Shown in pieces: positions 57,872 to 64,000 of a DNA stretch of 64,000 nt. The notes below the pieces were generated by a model. The model did no database searches. It was not told where the DNA came from and was given only the letters and a program-made list of their open reading frames with translations. Within the stretch, counting starts at the first letter, position 1. Each line of letters opens with the position of its first letter. The stretch is from NCBI GenBank assembly GCA_946493775.1, contig CAMMBC010000005.1:3417-67416 (forward strand), written 5' to 3'. The stretch is from an uncultured Ruminococcus sp. (GTDB lineage: Bacteria > Bacillota > Clostridia > Oscillospirales > Ruminococcaceae). A program made the translations under genes and the position numbers.

Positions 57872-57906
57872 AAAAATCCTCCGCTGTTACCTGGCAGCGG
57901 AGGATT
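57872..57906 (-). terminator. Intrinsic terminator after mazF
   Basis: 11-bp stem atcctccgctg/cagcggaggat followed by a U run on the minus strand. Confidence 0.8.
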
Positions 57907-57910
57907 TATA

Positions 57911-58264
57911 TCATCTCATATCATTAAGTCCGAATGAAATCGAAAGCGCGGAATCTACCGCGGTCATAGAATTGGGGTCAAGCTCGCCCATACGCTCTTT
58001 AAGACGTTTTTTGTCCAATGTACGAATCTGTTCAAGCAGAACGATTGAGTCCTTGGCAAGACCGCATTGTCCGCCGCCTACCTCGATATGTGTCGGAAGC
58101 TTTGCTTTTTCACGCTGGCTTGTTATCGCCGCAGCTATAACAGTCGGCGAGTGCTTATTGCCGACATCGTTCTGTACTATAAGCACCGGTCTCAAACCGC
58201 CCTGCTCAGAGCCTACCACCGGACTAAGATCGGCATAATAAATTTCACCCCTGTGAACTGTCAC
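57911..58264 (-). CDS. mazF: MazF/PemK (EndoA-like) endoribonuclease toxin
   Basis: [59 protein letters not shown] closely resembles the MazF/NdoA family. I placed the start at the GTG at 58264, 9 nt after GGAG. Confidence 0.9.
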   Translation of the reverse strand: MTVHRGEIYYADLSPVVGSEQGGLRPVLIVQNDVGNKHSPTVIAAAITSQREKAKLPTHIEVGGGQCGLAKDSIVLLEQIRTLDKKRLKERMGELDPNSMTAVDSALSISFGLNDMR

Positions 58265-58435
58265 CTTAAACACTCCGTTCCTTAATATTTTCAGGGCTTT
58301 TACCCTTCGGTATTATTTTTGCCCTGTTTTCTGCTTTTAATCATTTCCAGCAAAATTTTTATTGCAGTATAATTCCTGCAATCAGGGGAGAACGGCTTTC
58401 ACCTTTTCTATATTATGCAATTTTACCCGGAACAG

Positions 58436-59074
58436 TTACATGACTGTTTCGGCGTTTTTAATTCCCGGCAGTTTTTTCATATATCCGCAAGCCCGTCCGG
58501 CAGCGGCAGCAATTGCGTCGTAATTCAAGAAATGCGGTCCTTCGTTTTTACTTTCCGAGCTCTCGCTTAAAATAATATCCCGGTATTTTTCAAGCTGCGA
58601 AGCGTCAACAGTTGAAATCCTTTTTCCCCGTGCCTTTGCAAGCCTTTCCAATACGGCTTTATACCGCGGATCCCGGCGTATTACTGCGTCCAGCCTGTCA
58701 AGCTCGTTCCATTTCTCGCGGTTAAGTTCATTGTCGGGAAACCCTGCCGCTTTTAAATATTCAAACAGTTTGGGCTGAACCGTTTCGTCCCAGGCAATAT
58801 CGGTATACAGATGCAGCAGAAATCCCTTGAAAAAATCCTCACAGCCGCAATAACCGGAATGCTTGGATATATAGTAGTCCTCAATATTTTCCTTCCACTT
58901 GCCATAATCCTTGCTGCGAAGATGAGCGGCATACCGGATTTTTTCCTCCGCAAAACCGTTTATATTAACTGCGTCCGGAGCTATCGCTCCAAGATAAAAT
59001 GCGCTATCATCGCCGATATTCAGCTCTTTCTTTAACATATCGGCAACCGTAAGATGAACAGCGGCAGACGGCAT
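58436..59074 (-). CDS. Hypothetical His/Asp-motif hydrolase-like protein, paralog of 10144-10812
   Basis: MPSAAVHLTVA...LGAIAPDAV...HLYTD has the same motif order as the fab-embedded ORF. SD is AAAGGAGG. Confidence 0.45.
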   Translation of the reverse strand: MPSAAVHLTVADMLKKELNIGDDSAFYLGAIAPDAVNINGFAEEKIRYAAHLRSKDYGKWKENIEDYYISKHSGYCGCEDFFKGFLLHLYTDIAWDETVQPKLFEYLKAAGFPDNELNREKWNELDRLDAVIRRDPRYKAVLERLAKARGKRISTVDASQLEKYRDIILSESSESKNEGPHFLNYDAIAAAAGRACGYMKKLPGIKNAETVM

Positions 59075-59126
59075 GAAAATTCCTCCTTTAAAAAACCGGG
59101 AACCGCGGCACGGCTCCCGGCTGTGA

Positions 59127-61073
59127 TTATTTAGCCTTTGTTGAAATTTCGGTCATAAGCTTGTCCAGCAGATTGCCGCATGGCATTGCCCCAAGCTCTC
59201 CCTCTTTTCTGGAACGCACCGAAACGGTTCCGCTTTCAACCTCTTTATCTCCTATGATAACCATATACGGGATACGCTCCAGACGTGCAGCTTTGATCTT
59301 TGGACCTATATTTTCACTGCGCTTGTCAACCGTAACCCTCATGCCCATTCCGGTCATTTTATCCGCAAGCTTCTGAGCGTATTCAATATGCTCTTCTCCG
59401 ATAGGCATGATTCTTACCTGCTCCGGAGCCAGCCAGAGCGGAAGAACTCCCGCAAAGTGCTCCAGCATATACGCCAGCGTCCTCTCATAGCAGCCCAGAG
59501 AGGTTCTGTGAATGATATACGGCAGCTTTTTCTGGCCGTCCCTATCAACATAATACATTCCGAACTTTTCGGCAAGAAGCATATCAATCTGAAGCGTTAC
59601 TATAGTGTCCTCCTTACCGAAAACGTTCTTATACTGTATATCCAGCTTCGGACCGTAAAACGCCGCTTCGTCTATGCCTATCTCATAATCAAGTCCTATA
59701 TCGTCCAGGATCTTTTTCATTGCATTCTGAGCGTGATTCCACTGCTCCGCAGTACCCTCATATTTGTTATTGGGATTGGCAGGGTCCCACTGAGAAAATC
59801 TGAACGTACAGTCCTCAAGCAGTCCAACGGTGTCAAGCATATATTTTGCAAGTTCAAGACAGCCCTTGAACTCTTCCTCCAGCTGGTCGGGACGGAGAAT
59901 ATAATGCCCCTCTGAGATCGTAAACTGACGCACTCTGATAAGGCCGTGCATTTCACCGCTGTCCTCGTTTCTGAAAAGCGTGGAGGTCTCCACCAATCTC
60001 ATCGGAAGATCCCTGTAAGAACGCTGTCTGTTAAGAAACACCTGATACTGGAACGGACAGGTCATAGGACGAAGCGCAAAGCATTCCTTCTCCTCATCGT
60101 GAGGATCGCCCATGATAAACATTCCGTCAAGATAATGATCCCAGTGACCGGAGATCTTGTAAAGATCGCGCTTTGCAAAATACGGCGTTTTAGTCAGCAG
60201 ACAGCCGTGAGCCTGCTCGGTATCCTCGACCCATCTCTGCAAAAGCTGAATAACTCTCGCTCCCTTTGGCAGAAGAATAGGCAATCCCTGACCAATGTAA
60301 TCAACAGTGGTGAAATATTCAAGCTCACGTCCTATTTTATTGTGATCGCGCAGTTTTGCTTCCTCCTGCTGCTTTAAAAATTCTTCAAGCAAAGAAGCCT
60401 TCGGGAACGCCGTACCGTAAATACGGGAAAGCTGTTTTCCGTCCTCCGCCTTTCCCCAATATGCTCCTGTGCATGAAAGCAGTTTTATCGCCTTGACAGG
60501 TGCAACGCTCATAAGATGCGGACCCGCGCAGAGATCGACAAAATCCCCCTGCTTATAGAACGAAAGCTTTTCGCCTTTGTCGTCGTGCTTATGGATAAGC
60601 TCTATCTTGTAATCCTCGTTTTTCTCCTCCATAAGCTTCAAGGCTTCGTCCACAGGCAGCTCGAAACGCTCAAGAGTATAGCCTTCCTTGGCAAGCTTCT
60701 TCATTTCGGCCTGGATCTTCTCCAGATCGGCAGGCGCAAACGGTTTTGAAACCTCGAAATCATAGTAAAAGCCAGTTTCGGTAGCCGGTCCTCTCGCAAG
60801 CTTTGCCTCGGGATAGAGATTCTTTACCGCCTGTGCCATAAGGTGAGATGCCGTATGCCAGAAGGTTTCCTTTCCCGCCTTTGAATCAAAAGTCATTACT
60901 TCAAACTCGCAGTCGTGGTCAACTACGGTTCTCATATCAAACACCTGACCGTCCAGCTTTACGCAGCAAGCCGCCTTGTAAAGCCCCATGCCGATGTCCT
61001 TGATGATTTCGCTTGCAGGCATAGCCTGTTGGATTTCACGAATAGAACCGTCTTTAAGTTTCAGCTTAATCAT
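59127..61073 (-). CDS. thrS: Threonine-tRNA ligase
   Basis: 648 aa with a TGS domain, a second additional domain (HTASHLMAQA), class II core motifs and an anticodon-binding domain. Confidence 0.95.
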   Translation of the reverse strand: MIKLKLKDGSIREIQQAMPASEIIKDIGMGLYKAACCVKLDGQVFDMRTVVDHDCEFEVMTFDSKAGKETFWHTASHLMAQAVKNLYPEAKLARGPATETGFYYDFEVSKPFAPADLEKIQAEMKKLAKEGYTLERFELPVDEALKLMEEKNEDYKIELIHKHDDKGEKLSFYKQGDFVDLCAGPHLMSVAPVKAIKLLSCTGAYWGKAEDGKQLSRIYGTAFPKASLLEEFLKQQEEAKLRDHNKIGRELEYFTTVDYIGQGLPILLPKGARVIQLLQRWVEDTEQAHGCLLTKTPYFAKRDLYKISGHWDHYLDGMFIMGDPHDEEKECFALRPMTCPFQYQVFLNRQRSYRDLPMRLVETSTLFRNEDSGEMHGLIRVRQFTISEGHYILRPDQLEEEFKGCLELAKYMLDTVGLLEDCTFRFSQWDPANPNNKYEGTAEQWNHAQNAMKKILDDIGLDYEIGIDEAAFYGPKLDIQYKNVFGKEDTIVTLQIDMLLAEKFGMYYVDRDGQKKLPYIIHRTSLGCYERTLAYMLEHFAGVLPLWLAPEQVRIMPIGEEHIEYAQKLADKMTGMGMRVTVDKRSENIGPKIKAARLERIPYMVIIGDKEVESGTVSVRSRKEGELGAMPCGNLLDKLMTEISTKAK

Positions 61074-61115
61074 TTTTATTCCTCCGTTTTTATATTATTT
61101 GTGGTTTTTGAGTTT

Positions 61116-61928
61116 TTATGTTGTTGGTGCGGCGCTGTCTTTCAGTCTGAGGGCTGTCAGAGCCGCATAATGCTTTATTTTAAAGCTTTGAGGATATTCT
61201 TTCAGCATATTAAGATGCTCGTTTTCAAAGGCTTTTATATCCTCCGCCGAAAGAGATGCGCCTACTCCCCGGCAGGCCTTCATTCGTCCGTTCCAGCTTT
61301 CCCTTGTAAAGGGTATTTCAAGGTCTATAATCTCCTGATAAACCGTTTCAAAGCTTTTTGAGTAAATATCGGGAATATATGCAAAACGTCTGGTTTCTCC
61401 CGCTCCCGTCCAGTGGGGATTATATTTTAAAATCAGTTTTTCGCTTTTTCCGGCGATCTCGTCCTCCAACGGAAGCCACGTCATATATCCAACCAGCAAA
61501 ACTCCTCCGGGTTTTAGCATTTTCTTAAGCTTTGGCATAAGCTTTTCATGATCAAAATAAAAAAAGCAGGTGAAAGCCGTTATAACGTCAAAGATATTTT
61601 CTCCAAGGTCTATATCCTCTGCCGGCGAAACAAAAAAATCTATGCTCATTTGCTCTTCCGCAGCAAGCCGCTTTGCCGTTTCGATCTGATTTTCCGATAT
61701 ATCTGCAGCGGTAAATTCCGCCCCATACTGGTACATATTTCTTGGCAGCACGCCGGTTCCCGTGCCTATATCAAGCACCGTCTGTCCTTTGACACAAAAC
61801 CCATGTGACAACAATTTGTCGTAAAGCTCACGGGGATAAATATCTCTATATTTGGCGTAATCCTCCGACGTCCTTCCCCAGTCAAACTCTCTTCCGCCGT
61901 CTATAGAACTGATTTTCTGCATTGACAA
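61116..61928 (-). CDS. Class I SAM-dependent methyltransferase
   Basis: Motif I VLDIGTGTGVL and motif post-I AADIS. 270 aa. SD is GGAAGGAGG. Confidence 0.8.
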   Translation of the reverse strand: MSMQKISSIDGGREFDWGRTSEDYAKYRDIYPRELYDKLLSHGFCVKGQTVLDIGTGTGVLPRNMYQYGAEFTAADISENQIETAKRLAAEEQMSIDFFVSPAEDIDLGENIFDVITAFTCFFYFDHEKLMPKLKKMLKPGGVLLVGYMTWLPLEDEIAGKSEKLILKYNPHWTGAGETRRFAYIPDIYSKSFETVYQEIIDLEIPFTRESWNGRMKACRGVGASLSAEDIKAFENEHLNMLKEYPQSFKIKHYAALTALRLKDSAAPTT

Positions 61929-61942
61929 GAACCTCCTTCCGC

Positions 61943-63274
61943 TCAGAATCCTTTTTCTTTCAGATCTTTAACAATTCCTACATAAAACTCTCTTACGTCA
62001 AAGCCCTTGATGTTTTCCCGGTTGAGATCTATCACGTCGCCGTGGGTAATTCCCCTTTTTCCCTTCGGAGTAAGCATCGTAAAATTTGCTCCCCACTTCA
62101 TAGAGCTTACCGAAACCAGTCCGTCGTTGTCACCGTCAAAATATTTTACAAGATGATAAGAAAGATTGAGAGGAAATTTTCCTCCCCTTGCGTTTACCGA
62201 TTTTGAACCTACGCTCTGATAATACACGCCTTGAACGTCGGGACATTCCTTATTAAGTTCCTCGCAGCGCGAAACGGTAAGATCCTTTACCGCCGAAATA
62301 AAATCCGGATTTTCGTCGCCCAGTTTTTTCAGCGCGCCGTTGTATTTATCCGCAACGGATCTACAAAATGAATCCGAAACCTTACCGAGAATATATTCTG
62401 CAAACTGACAGCCTCTGTGAGGTGTATTAACAGTAGTCAGGGACGCAACATATTTGTCCGCTCCCAGCCTGCTTACGGCATATCTCGAATCAAGCCCGCC
62501 CTTTGAATGAGCTATGACGTTGACCTTTTCGCAGCCGGTCTCTCTTACTATGCTTTCTATACGCTTTGCAAGCTCTTTTGCGCTATCCTCCACCGACGCC
62601 GCCGACTGCTGATTTCCGTAATAAATTTCCGCCCCGTTTCTTTTCAAAGCCGCCGGTATCCTGCCCCAATAGTTAAAAAATCTGAAATCCCTGAAAAAAA
62701 CACCATGTACAAGCAGAATAGGATACTTTGTACTGCAAACGGCGCTTTGGGCCCGTATATTGTCAAGTTCCAGCTTTTCGCACTCAAATCTGCATTCTGA
62801 AGCTGTGATTCTTATTATTCTTACCAACACCGCAATGTTTACAAGCGGAATCATTCCGCAGACTGCTCCTATTACTCTCCACTTTATCCCTAGCTGCACC
62901 GAAGTAAAATAAATTCTCAGAATGCCGTTCCAGAAGAGAAAAAACTCAAATATAGCGGCAACTGCAGTGTTCAGAATTATATCCGAAGTTTTCATATCCG
63001 AAAACCATATCAAGTAAACAAGCAAGGCGGCACTTGCCGTAACCGAAAAAAGAAAAACTTGCAGCAGTCTTACTCCGTTTTTCAGCGTCTTTATGCGCCT
63101 TGATGGCTGTGTTTTCATAACAGGCTTAATACTGAATACCATATACCAAACAGCCGCCGCTAAAAAGCACAGTACCGTCTGCACCGTTCCCGCATCAAAA
63201 AATCTTGCGGCTGCGAATACGTTTACCGCCGCAGCCGTAAGCAGCGATTGAATAAAGAATGCAACTATCCCCAT
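61943..63274 (-). CDS. Membrane-anchored alpha/beta hydrolase (lipase/esterase-like)
   Basis: About 180-aa N-terminal region with 5 TM segments, then LLVHG (oxyanion-hole-like) and a nucleophile elbow AHSKGG (GxSxG). The ATG at 63274 follows GGGGAG. Confidence 0.7.
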   Translation of the reverse strand: MGIVAFFIQSLLTAAAVNVFAAARFFDAGTVQTVLCFLAAAVWYMVFSIKPVMKTQPSRRIKTLKNGVRLLQVFLFSVTASAALLVYLIWFSDMKTSDIILNTAVAAIFEFFLFWNGILRIYFTSVQLGIKWRVIGAVCGMIPLVNIAVLVRIIRITASECRFECEKLELDNIRAQSAVCSTKYPILLVHGVFFRDFRFFNYWGRIPAALKRNGAEIYYGNQQSAASVEDSAKELAKRIESIVRETGCEKVNVIAHSKGGLDSRYAVSRLGADKYVASLTTVNTPHRGCQFAEYILGKVSDSFCRSVADKYNGALKKLGDENPDFISAVKDLTVSRCEELNKECPDVQGVYYQSVGSKSVNARGGKFPLNLSYHLVKYFDGDNDGLVSVSSMKWGANFTMLTPKGKRGITHGDVIDLNRENIKGFDVREFYVGIVKDLKEKGF

Positions 63275-63294
63275 ACCATTCTCCCCCAGCAATA

Positions 63295-63615
63295 TCAAAA
63301 TGACTTATAAAGCGATTTGGATATAAAAATGTATGCCCAAAACCCCAGAAGAGCAATACTCAGAAGCGTGGAAACGTCCGACAGCATACGCTTTAAGGTT
63401 TTATTTATATACGGCTTCCCGCTTTTATCCATACCGGACAAAAGCTGAACAAAAAAAGTATTGAACCAGTAACTTACTATAAATAAAGGCATAAACGTAA
63501 TAAATCCCTGATAATAAGAGATTTTCCCCTCATAGGCAAGATACGAATAATATGCTGCGGCTGCGTCCGCCGCCAGAACGGCAAGATAGCAAAGCGCACC
63601 TAATATTTTTCTCAT
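63295..63615 (-). CDS. Small three-TM membrane protein, hypothetical
   Basis: MRKILGALCYLAVLAADAAAAYY... The ATG at 63615 follows GAAGGAG. It is the first gene after the T-box leader. Confidence 0.55.
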   Translation of the reverse strand: MRKILGALCYLAVLAADAAAAYYSYLAYEGKISYYQGFITFMPLFIVSYWFNTFFVQLLSGMDKSGKPYINKTLKRMLSDVSTLLSIALLGFWAYIFISKSLYKSF

Positions 63616-63626
63616 ACGCACTCCTT

Positions 63627-63917
63627 CTGAATAAATAAAAAATCCCGTAAAAAGCACAAAAGCACTTTTTACGGGACGACAATCTTCATCGTGGTTCCAC
63701 CCTGATTCATGCGGATACATCCGCACCTCTGTCCGCTCGGCACAAAACGGCAAGCGTAAGTTCTTTAACGGGAACTGTCCGTCGCTTATTAGGCGCGCTC
63801 AAAGGCGGTATCTTTAACATCCGAAGCCGGCGCTGCTTTCAGCCGATGACAACGCTCTCTGGACGGCCGCTGCTACGATATTAAAGCTTCCTTATCACAG
63901 CTTTCAATATTTATGGA
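63627..63917 (-). promoter_or_regulatory. T-box leader (tRNA-sensing transcription antitermination element)
   Basis: The minus-strand RNA contains AAUCAGGGUGGAACCACG (T-box sequence, 63680-63697) and an AGAGAG bulge-like element next to a GCUGAAAGC loop. The terminator is a 12-bp stem ucccguaaaaag/cuuuuuacggga followed by U6, and its 5' arm shares CCC with the antiterminator. Confidence 0.8.
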
Positions 63918-63923
63918 CTATTC

Positions 63924-63952
63924 AACGAATAATATTTTATCACTGATTGATC
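63924..63952 (-). promoter_or_regulatory. Sigma-A promoter of the T-box operon
   Basis: On the minus strand: TTGACA, a 17-nt spacer, then TAAAAT. Confidence 0.65.
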
Positions 63953-64000
63953 TGTTTGTCAAGAGTTTTTTATAAAACAGTCTCCTTTTTTGTATAATTG

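Overview
This window looks like core chromosome from a spore-forming Firmicute, probably Clostridia. Supporting genes are spoIVB-spo0A, gpr next to rpsT, a FabK-type FASII cluster and Gram-positive type IV pilus genes. I saw no rRNA or tRNA genes, CRISPR arrays, transposases, integrases or phage genes.

Main blocks, in order:
- 1-13.4 kb: a truncated ECF sigma factor, then a long minus-strand FASII/acetyl-CoA carboxylase operon. Four non-FAS genes are interleaved in it, acpP sits at its 3' end, and fabD is alone on the opposite strand.
- 13.4-17.7 kb: dCMP deaminase, a GH51 arabinofuranosidase, a small Cys-rich ORF and a GH42 beta-galactosidase.
- 17.8-22.5 kb: radC, tex and prfC.
- 23.7-35.3 kb: a type IV pilus locus with pilT, pilB, pilD, three prepilin-like genes (one giant PilX-like protein), pilO, a pilM-pilN fusion and pilC. 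Its sigma-A-like promoter is bracketed by 11-bp inverted repeats.
- 36-40.9 kb: recG, a short DtxR/MntR-like regulator with three GTTAGC boxes at divergent promoters, and rubrerythrin.
- 41-44.6 kb: an MBOAT/DHHW O-acyltransferase pair.
- 45.8-52.3 kb: spoIVB-spo0A, an isolated rplJ-rplL unit with an attenuator leader, rpsT and gpr.
- 52.4-57.4 kb: an orphan sugar-binding lipoprotein, an unexplained highly structured intergenic element, and a yybP-ykoY (Mn2+)-like riboswitch in front of a P-type ATPase.
- 57.9-64 kb: a MazF toxin with no antitoxin ORF, then a T-box leader heading a four-gene operon (membrane protein, membrane-anchored alpha/beta hydrolase, SAM methyltransferase, thrS).

Every call comes from reading the supplied translations and sequence by eye. 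No database search, alignment or folding program was run.
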